Shown here: positions 1-11,944 of the stretch, in pieces
Layout of the letters: each line of letters opens with the position of its first letter
How positions within the stretch are numbered: position 1 is the stretch's first letter
Assembly: GCA_046758365.1 (NCBI GenBank)
Contig: JBHIAC010000002.1
Location: forward strand, 3,836 to 67,835
Length of the DNA stretch: 64,000 nt
Origin: a bacterium
Lineage (GTDB): Bacteria > Zhuqueibacterota > Zhuqueibacteria > Oceanimicrobiales > Oceanimicrobiaceae
Direction of reading: 5' to 3'
Position numbers and translations under genes: made by a program
The notes under the pieces: generated by a model
What the model saw: only the letters and a program-made list of their open reading frames with translations
The model's database searches: none
What the model was told of the DNA's origin: nothing

Positions 1-1
1 A

Positions 2-1015
2 CCGTTAGTTAAAAGTATAATGCCTGAGGGGCAAATTACCTGGCAAATAAAAGCCCCTGATGATCCAACGACAATTTTGGACATAGTTGTTGAAGTGATA
101 GACCGAAATGCTGTTGATGAAAACACGAATCAATTGCCGCCTTTAACACCGACTCCACCTGAGATTGTAATCCCTGTTCAAACACAAGCTATTGGACTTA
201 ATTTGTCGTTATTAAATGATAGAAAACCAACCACGATTGTCCGTGGAGCAACTGACGTACCAATTTTTGGTTTAAAATTTGCAAATACCAGCGATGCAGA
301 CATAGTCATTGAAAATATTAATATGAACGTGAATGATAAAGAGGGAAATAGTATTTCACCCAATTCTGTAATTACACGATTAACTGTGGTAGATTATTTT
401 AATACTAGCGTAATTTTTAGAGAGCTCGTATCATTACCTGAGACTAATCCAATGGTACTTGATTTTAGTCCAGCGATTTCTATTCTGCCAAGCCAATCTC
501 AATCCATTGAGTTTCGGGTAGATATTGCCTCACAAACCGAAACCAATAATTTTCGATTATCCATTGATTCCCCTCAAGATGATATTTTAGCTAAAGATGT
601 GGGATCCGATAGTCTTGTCACCATCAGGGATGATTCATCTGGGTTAACTATTGTTAATGTTTTAACCCCGGGTTTTTCAGTTCTAATCGATCCAAATTTA
701 GAAGCGAGTTTTTTTAATTTTCCAAATCCTTTTGGACAGAACTCAAGAGATATTACAAAATTTAACTACAACCTTACTCAAGATTCTGATATAACAATTA
801 GAATTTATACCCTCTTAGGAGAGTTGGTTTGGTCTATTTCACACAGTGCAAGTGATCCAGAAGGCAGAGTAGGAACCCACGATGGTAAGCAGCAACCCAC
901 AATTGTGTGGGATGGTACTAATGATAAAGGTCAAAAAGTCCTGAACGGGGTTTATGTTGCTGTATTAACCACAAACGACGGGAAGGCTTTAACAAAAATT
1001 GCTTTAGCAAAATAA
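2..1015 (+). CDS. C-terminal part of a large secreted protein with a T9SS type-A/FlgD Ig-like C-terminal domain (5' truncated by window edge)
   Basis: Frame is open to the window start; beta-rich repeats; ends FFNFPNPF...ITIRIYTLLGELV...IVWDGTNDKGQKVLNGVY. Confidence 0.8.
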   Translation, partial: PLVKSIMPEGQITWQIKAPDDPTTILDIVVEVIDRNAVDENTNQLPPLTPTPPEIVIPVQTQAIGLNLSLLNDRKPTTIVRGATDVPIFGLKFANTSDADIVIENINMNVNDKEGNSISPNSVITRLTVVDYFNTSVIFRELVSLPETNPMVLDFSPAISILPSQSQSIEFRVDIASQTETNNFRLSIDSPQDDILAKDVGSDSLVTIRDDSSGLTIVNVLTPGFSVLIDPNLEASFFNFPNPFGQNSRDITKFNYNLTQDSDITIRIYTLLGELVWSISHSASDPEGRVGTHDGKQQPTIVWDGTNDKGQKVLNGVYVAVLTTNDGKALTKIALAK

Positions 1016-1019
1016 TTTT

Positions 1020-3083
1020 GTGAGAAAGATGATGTTAGATAAATTTTTATACAATTTCCTAAAAAGAACCTCAGGGGTGATATTTATTTTAATAATAATT
1101 CTATTCATTTATATACCTACTAACTCTTATGCTCAATCAGGTGTAGGGGGTACCAAGAGCACATTTTTAAGTGTAGGGGCACGAGCACTGGCTTTAGGTA
1201 ATGCTTATGTTGCTCTTTCTGAGGATCCGACGGCTGTTTTCTGGAATCCGGCTGGTCTTGACTATTTAGAGAAAAAAAGCACCAGCTTTTACTATACAAG
1301 TTTGATTGCGGGTTCAAATTTTAGTTTTGTAGGATTTGTGTATCCCACGGTATCTATTGGTAGTTTTGGTTTTGGCTGGTTGAGATTAGGGACCGGGGAT
1401 ATTGAAGAAAGAGGTTCAGACGCTGAACCTGGAGCTAATTTTGATTTCAGTCAACAGCAATTTCTCTTTTCGTATGCCAAGCAACTGAAAAAGAGTTTCA
1501 GCATTGGTCTTACTGTAAAAATTGAGAGTTTCAGTTTTTCTATACAAAACCTCTCAGATTCGGGGGTTGGGGCAGATTTAGGGTTATTATATCGACCAGA
1601 TTTTGATAGTGCAATTTTACGGGACCTTTCATTAGGAATAAATATTCAAAACATCATAAATCCGAAAACTCGGTTGGTGGATATGTCTGAATCATCCCCT
1701 ATAAATTTCAAAATTGGCTTGGCTAAACCAGTTCGATTTGGGGAAGCACGCAATGCATTTACATTGCTGTTTGATATAAATAAAAGCGAAAGTGCACCTA
1801 TGATGTATAACTTGGGGGGCGAGTACTCTTTTCATAATCAAGCCATGTTACGAATAGGGGTAAATGATGGCCAAATTGCATTTGGCGCCGGCGCAAGCTA
1901 TAGTAATTTTCACATCGATTATTCTTTTGGTAAACTGTTTGATGGACCGGATTTTTCTGCAAACCATCGTTTTTCTGTTACTATTGAATTTGGTAAAGGT
2001 AAAACAGAGTTAATCCGTATTGCTCGCGAACGACGTGAAAGAGAAATGCGGCTACAAGTTGAGAATCAGATGTGGTTTTCACGGGAAATTGAATTTAACA
2101 ATAGTATGGAAGAAGGACGCGATAAATATTTTAACGGAGACTACCTGGGTGCATATGTAGACTTCTCAAATGCTTTTGAAGCAGCTAATACTCTTGTGGA
2201 AGTGGCTATGAGGTTAAGAGGTGAAAATATTCAAGACGAAAAAGCCAACATACGAGTTGAAACAGCGAATTCTGCGTTACAAGAATCCCGGACCATGTTA
2301 GAACTTGCCGATGCAAAACGTGATTCTGTTCAGAAAGAAGAGCAGAAACAAATAGTTTTGCAGGCGAAAAAATCGGCTTTGGAACAAGAACTGCAGGACT
2401 TTATTCTAGAGCATCGACAAAAAGGCAATGCCTTTTTCAAGAATGGCGACTTCACTAGAGCTATTAGAGAATGGCAACTAGCTTTAAATAGAATTGCAGC
2501 AAATAAAAGTAATAACTTACCTAACTGGGTCGAAGATGTAAGGCTGCAGATTATAAATGATATTAATACCACCGAAAAGCAACTACAAGGCAACATTAAA
2601 GAAAAGATTAGACAAGCTGACGCCTTAGCACGGAGAGGCGATTACGTTCAAGCCTTGGCTGTGTTAAATGAGTTAAGAGGTGCAGAGTTATCAGAAGAGG
2701 AACGGAGTACTATTAGGAGTAAAATTACAAAAATACAAACACAACTTAATTTTCAACAAAATTATGAGCAGGGTATTCGCCATTATGCTAATAAAGAATA
2801 CAAAAAAGCCATGGAATATTTTGAAAGGGCGCTAAGAATCAAATCCAAAGACCCGAGAGCACGTAAGTTTTTTGAAGACGCCAAAGCCCGGGCCCAGGCC
2901 AAAATTCAGGAAATGCCCCCTGATATACAAGCAAAGTATGTCCGTGCGATTCAGCTCTATCGTCAAAAAATGTTTAAAGAAGCACTGGAAATATTAGAAC
3001 AAATCCGAGTAAAGCAACCGTATAATAAACGAATTTTGGATTTGATTGATCGAGCAAAAGATCGTTTAAAGGAAAATAGATAG
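1020..3083 (+). CDS. PorV/PorQ-family outer-membrane beta-barrel fused to a C-terminal coiled-coil/TPR region
   Basis: Signal peptide, then VGARALALGNAYVALSEDPTAVFWNPAGL (PorV/FadL-like N-terminal motif); barrel ends NHRFSVTIEFG; helical TPR-like repeats follow. Confidence 0.8.
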   Translation: MRKMMLDKFLYNFLKRTSGVIFILIIILFIYIPTNSYAQSGVGGTKSTFLSVGARALALGNAYVALSEDPTAVFWNPAGLDYLEKKSTSFYYTSLIAGSNFSFVGFVYPTVSIGSFGFGWLRLGTGDIEERGSDAEPGANFDFSQQQFLFSYAKQLKKSFSIGLTVKIESFSFSIQNLSDSGVGADLGLLYRPDFDSAILRDLSLGINIQNIINPKTRLVDMSESSPINFKIGLAKPVRFGEARNAFTLLFDINKSESAPMMYNLGGEYSFHNQAMLRIGVNDGQIAFGAGASYSNFHIDYSFGKLFDGPDFSANHRFSVTIEFGKGKTELIRIARERREREMRLQVENQMWFSREIEFNNSMEEGRDKYFNGDYLGAYVDFSNAFEAANTLVEVAMRLRGENIQDEKANIRVETANSALQESRTMLELADAKRDSVQKEEQKQIVLQAKKSALEQELQDFILEHRQKGNAFFKNGDFTRAIREWQLALNRIAANKSNNLPNWVEDVRLQIINDINTTEKQLQGNIKEKIRQADALARRGDYVQALAVLNELRGAELSEEERSTIRSKITKIQTQLNFQQNYEQGIRHYANKEYKKAMEYFERALRIKSKDPRARKFFEDAKARAQAKIQEMPPDIQAKYVRAIQLYRQKMFKEALEILEQIRVKQPYNKRILDLIDRAKDRLKENR

Positions 3084-3091
3084 GTATTACA

Positions 3092-6000
3092 TTGTTTAAA
3101 AGGGTAGAAAAAGAACAATTAAAAGTACCGGCCCATATTGATTATTTGGGCGACTTACGCGATTTTGTCACCCAGGTTGGTAAAAAATATAGATTTTCAG
3201 ATAAGCTCATTAATGCATTTAAATTAGCTATAGACGAAGCCGCCACTAACATCATACGGCATGCCTACCGAGAAAATAATGGCTTTATTACTGTGCGTTC
3301 TATTGTAAAAGAGAACAGTCTTACCATATCACTCATTGACCAGGGGACTTATTTTGATCCAAAACGAGTTAAAGAACCAGATCTGAGGCGTTATATTGAT
3401 ATTGGGAAAAAAGGGGGCTTGGGCATTTTCATAATGCGCAAGGTAATGGATGAAATTGACTATCGCAGAACCGAAGAAGGTAATGAACTGAGAATAACCA
3501 AATATCGAGAAACCCCACAAAAGAAAAAACTTTTTACCACTGTGTCCTCTATTCCTCTTTCTATCAAAGCTAAATATTTCTTTCGGACTATTGCTATAAT
3601 TACTCTAATGATTACGGTGGGTTATTTTTATTTTTACATCAAAACAGATGATTATGTCATTTCTGAGTTAATTATTTCCGGCCGAGCTACCTGCAGTCAA
3701 ATAATAAACCGCATTAGTTCAGCACCAACAGAAGAGTTGGTGTTTATCGAAGATATTGTTCATCCTTTATATGAAGAAAATAAAGATAAAATCTACCGTT
3801 TATCTGTTGAAGATAGTACAGGAATTATTGTTTACAGTTCAAATTTGTCTGAAATGTTAAGGCAATTTATCCGTCCCAGTAGAGTTGAATTAATTGAACC
3901 AGGAGTTTATAGGTATTACTTAGTTCAGGGAGTAAAAGTCTTTGAATTTGAATATCCAATCAAAATAAAGGATACTAACAAATATTATGGAAAGACTCAT
4001 GTATTCCTGTCAACAGAATCGGCAGATAAAGCCATAAGTGCCATACGTCTTAATGACTTAAAATTAGCCTTGTTTATTTTAGGTCTTAGTACTACCGGTG
4101 TAGCAGTGTTGATTTATCTAGTTATGATTCCTTTCAGTAAACTCGCTGATTGGGTCAAGGAATTGGGTCACGGAGAAATTGATGATGAAATTGATATTGA
4201 TGCTTCCACTGAAATTGGAGAAATTGCTCAGGCATTTAGTGATATTACCCAAAAGTTTCGAGAATCTCAAAAAAACTTAGCTGATCAGGAACGTCTTCAG
4301 AAAGAGATGCAGGTAGCTCAAGAAATTCAACAAACCCTGCTCCCTATGGAGTTTCCTGAATTGGAAGGATATGAAATTGCCTCCTATTATGAAGCTGCGA
4401 AAGAGGTAGGCGGTGATTATTATGATTTTGTCGAGGTAGATAAAGATTCTTTGGGTATAGCGGTGGCTGACGTTTCTGGAAAAGGCGTTCCTGGGTCTCT
4501 TGTAATGACCATGATTCGAACGGCTCTTCGAACAGAAGCTCGGGGGGTTAAAGATGCTGCCGAAGTACTTTCTCGGGTAAATACATTTGTCAGTGGAGAC
4601 ATCAAAAAGGGTATGTTTGTCACTATTTTCTATTTAATAATTGACTCCAAAAAACGTCGTCTAAATTACGCCAGCGCCGGACACAACCCTATGATTTTAT
4701 ATAGAGGGAGTACGAAGAAAACTTACTATCTGAATCCAAAAGGATTTCCTATTGGAATTCAATTACCTCAAAGAGATATATTTCGTAATTATATTGAATC
4801 AGATACGATTCAATTAGCTGAAGATGATATCCTTCTGGTTTATACCGATGGTATAACAGAAGCTATGAACTCTAGACGAGAGCTTTTGGGTGAAGAACGT
4901 TTACTCAAGATATTAAGGGAATTTGGACATCTCCCAGTAAATTCTTTTGTGGACAAGCTGAAAGAAGGGATTTATTCCTTCACAGAGGGGAGTCCGCAGT
5001 TTGATGACATTACCTTAGTAGCGATTAAAGAAAAATCATCTCGAGAAAAAGATGAACTCCGAAGAGCAAAAGAAGCGCACAAATTAATTGGTGAAGAAAT
5101 GAGTATTCGAGAGGCCTGTGAAACCGTCGGTATTACAACTTACGCCTATTATAATAAATACAAACGCATCTTCGAAGAAGAAGGCATTGAATCTTTTGAA
5201 ATTGACCCAGATGTATCCGTAGAAGCAAAGCATCTTAGTATTGAAGAAAAAACCAGAATATTTGATATTATTGCCAGCCATCCGGAATATGGAGCCAGTC
5301 GAATTAGCACGGAACTTAATACAGAGAAGTATGGTTTTACCCAAATTAGCGAAAGTAAAATATACGAAGAGTTGGTAAGAAATAGACTAAACACGCGTCA
5401 ACTTAGGGAGGCATTTGTTGAGAAAGGTAAAAGGGGTCGCAGAAGACTAAAGCCACCTGGAACACCTCTGTTAACTCTTGATGGTAAGTTAATAATAGAT
5501 CGACAATTGGATATTGCAGAAAACGAAGAAAAGTTCACACCTCAAAACATTAGACCAAATGAAAAAGAGGAAACAACCGAAGATCAGGAAGTAAAAACTG
5601 ATCAACGCATTGAGACAAGTCATAAAACATTTGAACCTTCAATCACAGAAGAGAAAATTGATGAAACATCTGTTACTAATATCACGGAGTCAGAGATAGA
5701 AGCAGAAGCTCTAATTGATTCTTCCATCGAGGAGATTTTATCGAAAGATTATATAGAAGAAACAGAAACCCAAGATAAAGCGCCAGAGATGAGTACCGAA
5801 ATCATTAAAGAAGAAAACCAGAAAGAAGTTAGAGAAATGGAAGATTCTCAAGATTTAATTGAAGAATTTGTTCCAGAAACTAATTTATCTGAAGCAATTT
5901 CCGACTTAGATGAAGAACAGAATATTCTTTCACAATTTGAAGAAGAGATTCCTGAAACTTCACAAAATGATGAAATATCATTTGAAGAGCTTTTTGAAAA

Positions 6001-6727
6001 TGTCGATTTTTCAAATGATACTCATGAAGATAAGCTAAATTCTTCAGATATTGAAGAGTTGGTAGATGAAGACCTATCGACTTCTTCCGTAGAAGAATTA
6101 CTTGCCCATGATTCGATTGAGGATTTCAGTGCTAATACCGATATTACTTCTGAAGAAATAATTAGTTCTAACGTTGATAATGATGCAGATGAATTCGAGG
6201 AAGATAGTGTCTCGTTTTCCGATTTGCTCAAAACTTTAGATGATGAGATGGTCTATTTTTCAAAACAGTATGAAAATAACCAAAGTCAATCAAAGGATTT
6301 ACAAACCGTAAAGCATGATTCAGAAACAGAAGAACCTACTCAAGAGTTTGATAAATCTAGTACTCATTTAAATAAAAAAGAAATGTTATTAATAAGTGGA
6401 ATCAAATACTATAAGAATAAAGATTATGAAAATGCTATAAAAGAGTTTAAAAAAGTTATTGATATTTATCCCGATTTTAAAGAGGCTTATAGTATATTAG
6501 GAAACGCCTATTTTAGAAATCAAATGTACACCGAAGCTGCTACGGCTTATGAGAGAGTGAAGCAAATGGATCCCAATGATATAACGGCTTATGAAAATAT
6601 GGGAGTCATTCATGCAAATCGAGGAGAATATACCCAAGCGATAGAAGAATGGAAAAAAGTTCTTGAATTAAATCCAGAAAGAACCGATATAAAGAAAAAG
6701 ATCAAAAAAGCTTTACAGAAGATGTAA
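3092..6727 (+). CDS. Multidomain partner-switching protein: RsbW-like HATPase, 2 TM with periplasmic loop, HAMP, SpoIIE/PP2C phosphatase, HTH region, acidic linker, TPR
   Basis: LAIDEAATNIIRHAY, DQG, KGGLGIFIMRKVMDE (RsbW-type kinase); VGGDYYD, ADVSGKG, SAGHNP, YTDGITEA, DDITLV (PP2C); C-terminal TPRs. Confidence 0.9.
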   Translation: MFKRVEKEQLKVPAHIDYLGDLRDFVTQVGKKYRFSDKLINAFKLAIDEAATNIIRHAYRENNGFITVRSIVKENSLTISLIDQGTYFDPKRVKEPDLRRYIDIGKKGGLGIFIMRKVMDEIDYRRTEEGNELRITKYRETPQKKKLFTTVSSIPLSIKAKYFFRTIAIITLMITVGYFYFYIKTDDYVISELIISGRATCSQIINRISSAPTEELVFIEDIVHPLYEENKDKIYRLSVEDSTGIIVYSSNLSEMLRQFIRPSRVELIEPGVYRYYLVQGVKVFEFEYPIKIKDTNKYYGKTHVFLSTESADKAISAIRLNDLKLALFILGLSTTGVAVLIYLVMIPFSKLADWVKELGHGEIDDEIDIDASTEIGEIAQAFSDITQKFRESQKNLADQERLQKEMQVAQEIQQTLLPMEFPELEGYEIASYYEAAKEVGGDYYDFVEVDKDSLGIAVADVSGKGVPGSLVMTMIRTALRTEARGVKDAAEVLSRVNTFVSGDIKKGMFVTIFYLIIDSKKRRLNYASAGHNPMILYRGSTKKTYYLNPKGFPIGIQLPQRDIFRNYIESDTIQLAEDDILLVYTDGITEAMNSRRELLGEERLLKILREFGHLPVNSFVDKLKEGIYSFTEGSPQFDDITLVAIKEKSSREKDELRRAKEAHKLIGEEMSIREACETVGITTYAYYNKYKRIFEEEGIESFEIDPDVSVEAKHLSIEEKTRIFDIIASHPEYGASRISTELNTEKYGFTQISESKIYEELVRNRLNTRQLREAFVEKGKRGRRRLKPPGTPLLTLDGKLIIDRQLDIAENEEKFTPQNIRPNEKEETTEDQEVKTDQRIETSHKTFEPSITEEKIDETSVTNITESEIEAEALIDSSIEEILSKDYIEETETQDKAPEMSTEIIKEENQKEVREMEDSQDLIEEFVPETNLSEAISDLDEEQNILSQFEEEIPETSQNDEISFEELFENVDFSNDTHEDKLNSSDIEELVDEDLSTSSVEELLAHDSIEDFSANTDITSEEIISSNVDNDADEFEEDSVSFSDLLKTLDDEMVYFSKQYENNQSQSKDLQTVKHDSETEEPTQEFDKSSTHLNKKEMLLISGIKYYKNKDYENAIKEFKKVIDIYPDFKEAYSILGNAYFRNQMYTEAATAYERVKQMDPNDITAYENMGVIHANRGEYTQAIEEWKKVLELNPERTDIKKKIKKALQKM

Positions 6728-6772
6728 TTGTAAATAATTTACAAATCAATCAGAATTTATAGTTTGTTTCTA

Positions 6773-6801
6773 TTGACTTTTAATCTTAATTCTATTATAT
6801 T
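6773..6801 (+). promoter_or_regulatory. Sigma70-type promoter of the STAS gene
   Basis: TTGACT-17 nt-TATATT, then AGGAG RBS before ATG 6851. Confidence 0.6.
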
Positions 6802-6850
6802 TAAAACTATTATGTTAGTAATAATAAAATAACTTTACTAGGAGTTTTCC

Positions 6851-7546
6851 ATGGAAGGTATACAAGTATCAGTAGAAAAAGCTGGCTCGAAACAGAACAT
6901 TGCTGTAATAAAAGTTGGTGGGTATATAGATACTACCACTTCGGCTGAACTTGAGCATTCTTTATCTTCTATTTTAAAATCTAATTGTTATAATATAATT
7001 ATTGATTTAGGTAATGTGGATTACATCAGCAGTGCGGGCTGGGGATTATTTATAAGTGAAATTAAGGGTATTCGTGAAAAAGGTGGCGACCTGAAGTTGG
7101 TGCGAATGATACCTGATGTTTATGAAGTATTTGAACTTTTGGAGTTCCACTACATTCTTAAAGCCTTTGATCGGTTGCAAGAAGCTATTAGTGATTTTGA
7201 TCTTGCTGCACCATCCGAGTTGCCGCTAAAATCCCGAATCGTCAACGATAATAGAAGTAAAAGGGATGTGCATGTAGTATCCAAGACTGAAACCAATGTT
7301 TTGCAGGCGGAAGCTGATAAAGAAGCCGCTTTAGAGTCTGAAATAGAAACGATAGAAGAAAAAATCCGTCAAATTGTTATAGAAAATCCTGAAGCGGGTA
7401 CTTTGCAAATTATAAAAACACTTAACAGTCCTCGATTTGGTAATATAAAACTTGGTTGGTTTGAAATGAGAAAATATCTAAAGCAATTAAATATAGATTC
7501 CAAAAAGAAAAGACTTGCTTATTTCAAACAAAAAACTTTTAGCTAA
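6851..7546 (+). CDS. STAS anti-anti-sigma factor (RsbV/SpoIIAA-like) with an extra C-terminal HTH-like domain
   Basis: GYIDTTTS, IDLGNVDYISSAGWG (phosphoacceptor Ser motif); about 110 aa extension. Confidence 0.9.
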   Translation: MEGIQVSVEKAGSKQNIAVIKVGGYIDTTTSAELEHSLSSILKSNCYNIIIDLGNVDYISSAGWGLFISEIKGIREKGGDLKLVRMIPDVYEVFELLEFHYILKAFDRLQEAISDFDLAAPSELPLKSRIVNDNRSKRDVHVVSKTETNVLQAEADKEAALESEIETIEEKIRQIVIENPEAGTLQIIKTLNSPRFGNIKLGWFEMRKYLKQLNIDSKKKRLAYFKQKTFS

Positions 7547-7700
7547 ATATTAACATAAAAATACATCGATAGTAGCCAGTATTATTTACCTGTAAGAACC
7601 TCCTTCCTCAAATCCGCATTTAGAAAAATAGTTTGATTTTACTCTCTTTTTTTCTTAATATTAGTTTCATCTGATAATTAGGTGTCGATTTTATGTATAA

Positions 7701-9822
<2,122 letters not shown>

Positions 9823-9843
9823 ATTGCTACCCTTAAAAAGCAG

Positions 9844-9872
9844 TTGATTTGTTATACAAATATTTGTATATT
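9844..9872 (+). promoter_or_regulatory. Sigma70-type promoter of the tRNA-Ser/gltX unit
   Basis: TTGATT-17 nt-TATATT, 20 nt upstream of tRNA-Ser. Confidence 0.6.
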
Positions 9873-9892
9873 TAGATTCATTTCTAAGCAGT

Positions 9893-9976
9893 GGAGGGCT
9901 ATGTCTAATTGGTAAGACAGCGGTCTTGAAAACCGCCGCCCGAAAGGGCTTGGGGGTTCGAGTCCCTCGCCCTCCG
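9893..9976 (+). tRNA. tRNA-Ser(TGA)
   Basis: Acceptor GGAGGGC/GCCCTCC; anticodon arm GCGGT-CTTGAAA-ACCGC; long variable arm GCCC-GAAA-GGGC; GGTTCGAGTCC. Confidence 0.95.
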
Positions 9977-10052
9977 CTTAGGATACAAGGGGATCTAATG
10001 AAATAAAAAAATAAAAATTCTAATTTTGGAATTAAATTTTGACTAATCTTTC

Positions 10053-10142
<90 letters not shown>

Positions 10143-10170
10143 TTTTTTGACCATTTATTGAAAAAAGCGT

Positions 10171-11649
10171 TTGGTATTTAACTTGGAACCTTCAAAAGTT
10201 GTAAAAGTTAGAGTTCGTTTTGCGCCAAGCCCTACTGGCTATTTACATGTGGGTAGTGCTCGGACAGCTATATTTAATTGGCTGTTTGCCCGAAAATATC
10301 ATGGAAAATTCCTGCTAAGAATCGAGGACACCGATGTAGCTCGTTCTGGTGAGGAGATGGTGCAAGCCATTTTCAATGGTCTTAGATGGTTGGGCTTGGA
10401 TTGGGATGAAGAGCCGGTATTTCAATCTGAGAGATTTCACGTCTATAAGCAATATGCCGAAAGGCTTGTTGAGGAAGGCAAAGCCTATCGGTGTTATTGT
10501 ACCCAGGAGAGATTGCAGGCAGTCAGAGAAAACGCTCTCCGAGAGAAAAAAGAGGTGAAATATGATCGCTACTGCCTGAATTTAACTGAGACTGAAAAAG
10601 CTGCCCACGAAAAAGAGGATGTGCCTTATGTCATAAGATTTAAGGTTGAAGACGGTTTTACATCATTTGTGGATGAAGTCTACGGCCAGTTAAGATTTGA
10701 CAATAATCAGATTGATGATTTCGTCATACTCCGTTCTGATGGGATTCCAACCTATCACTTAGCGGTGGTGGTGGATGATAAAGAAATGAACATCACCCAT
10801 ATTATCCGAGGGGATGACCATCTTACCAATACACCTAAGCAAGTTCTTTTATATAAAGCCTTTGGTTGGGAATGTCCCGTATTTTCTCATGTCCCTTTGA
10901 TTTTAGGTCCAGATCGACAGCGCTTGAGCAAACGACATGGTGCAACGTCTATCGAGGAATATGAAAAAGCTGGTTATTTGCCGGAAGCTGTATTAAATTT
11001 TTTGGCTCTCCTCGGTTGGTCATCTGGCGATGATAGGGAACTATTCACTCGAGATGAATTAATTGAAGCATTTGATCTTTCCGGAATATCTAAAAAGAGC
11101 GCCGTGTTTGATGAAAAGAAATTGGAATGGATGAACGGCCAGTATTTGAATAAAATAGATAACGAAGAGCTTCTGCAACGAGTACAGTTGTATTTGACGG
11201 ACGCTGGATTTATTACCCCCAATTTTGTAAGTGAGAATAAAGAGTACTTATTAAGAATTGTGGGACTTCTAAAAACCAGAATTAGACGATTGACTGAATT
11301 TTCTAAGCTCTCAAGATATTTTTTCACCGAACCTGAAGAATATGAAGAAGTCGGCGTTCAGAAACATTGGAAGGACCCGATGTTAATTGAACGATTTTAC
11401 TCACTAATTGATCGACTTGCTGAAATTCAAGAATTCTCACAAGGAAACATAGAAAAAGCAATTCGCAGTCTTGCTGAGCAGATGAATATCAGTGCTGCCA
11501 AGCTGATTCATCCCATGCGATTGGCTATTACTGGCTATTCAGCAAGTCCGGGGCTGTTTGAAATCATGGAAATATTGGGCCAGGAAACTGTTCTGCGCCG
11601 TTTACGAAAAGCCATCGAATATTTGAAGGGGAGTTCTTTAGCCCTTTAG
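10171..11649 (+). CDS. gltX: Glutamate--tRNA ligase
   Basis: RVRFAPSPTGYLHVG (HIGH), LRIEDTD, IRGDDH, RLSKRHG (KMSKS). Confidence 0.97.
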   Translation: MVFNLEPSKVVKVRVRFAPSPTGYLHVGSARTAIFNWLFARKYHGKFLLRIEDTDVARSGEEMVQAIFNGLRWLGLDWDEEPVFQSERFHVYKQYAERLVEEGKAYRCYCTQERLQAVRENALREKKEVKYDRYCLNLTETEKAAHEKEDVPYVIRFKVEDGFTSFVDEVYGQLRFDNNQIDDFVILRSDGIPTYHLAVVVDDKEMNITHIIRGDDHLTNTPKQVLLYKAFGWECPVFSHVPLILGPDRQRLSKRHGATSIEEYEKAGYLPEAVLNFLALLGWSSGDDRELFTRDELIEAFDLSGISKKSAVFDEKKLEWMNGQYLNKIDNEELLQRVQLYLTDAGFITPNFVSENKEYLLRIVGLLKTRIRRLTEFSKLSRYFFTEPEEYEEVGVQKHWKDPMLIERFYSLIDRLAEIQEFSQGNIEKAIRSLAEQMNISAAKLIHPMRLAITGYSASPGLFEIMEILGQETVLRRLRKAIEYLKGSSLAL

Positions 11650-11694
11650 CCACGCAAATTGGCTGGGGTAGACTTGTTAGGTGAAAAGGTCGCA

Positions 11695-11793
11695 TGGAGT
11701 TTTGGAGTATTGGATCAATGGAGTGATGAAATGATGAATATACTTTTTCATAAATTTGCATTACTCCAAATACTCCATTATTCAATTACTCAA
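11695..11793. repeat. Palindromic intergenic element built from 8-nt units (TGGAGTAT... / ...ATACTCCA)
   Basis: tggagttt-tggagtat-tggatcaa-tggagtga mirrored by ttactcca-aatactcca-ttattcaa-ttactcaa. Confidence 0.65.
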
Positions 11794-11867
11794 CCAGTAA
11801 TAAAGATAAAACACTTTGAGGAGAAAATAAAAATAGTTTATAGCAATTCTGAGGCATTTACAAAACT

Positions 11868-11938
11868 TGGGGTGTCGTTCAACGGCAGGACACACGGCTC
11901 TGGACCGTGGAATCGGGGTTCGAATCCCTGCACCCCAG
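11868..11938 (+). tRNA. tRNA-Gln(CTG)
   Basis: Acceptor TGGGGTG/CACCCCA; CACGG-CTCTGGA-CCGTG; GGTTCGAATCC. Confidence 0.96.
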
Positions 11939-11944
11939 CTACCC

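Noticed and set aside
5099-5416. Active IS481 insertion inside the phosphatase gene
   Set aside because: In frame, no DDE domain, no terminal repeats or target duplication; treated as a domesticated domain
9893-9976. tRNA with TGA in the loop considered as tRNA-Sec, given the selenoprotein
   Set aside because: tRNA-Sec needs anticodon TCA and an 8-bp acceptor stem; this has anticodon TGA and a 7-bp stem, so it is tRNA-Ser
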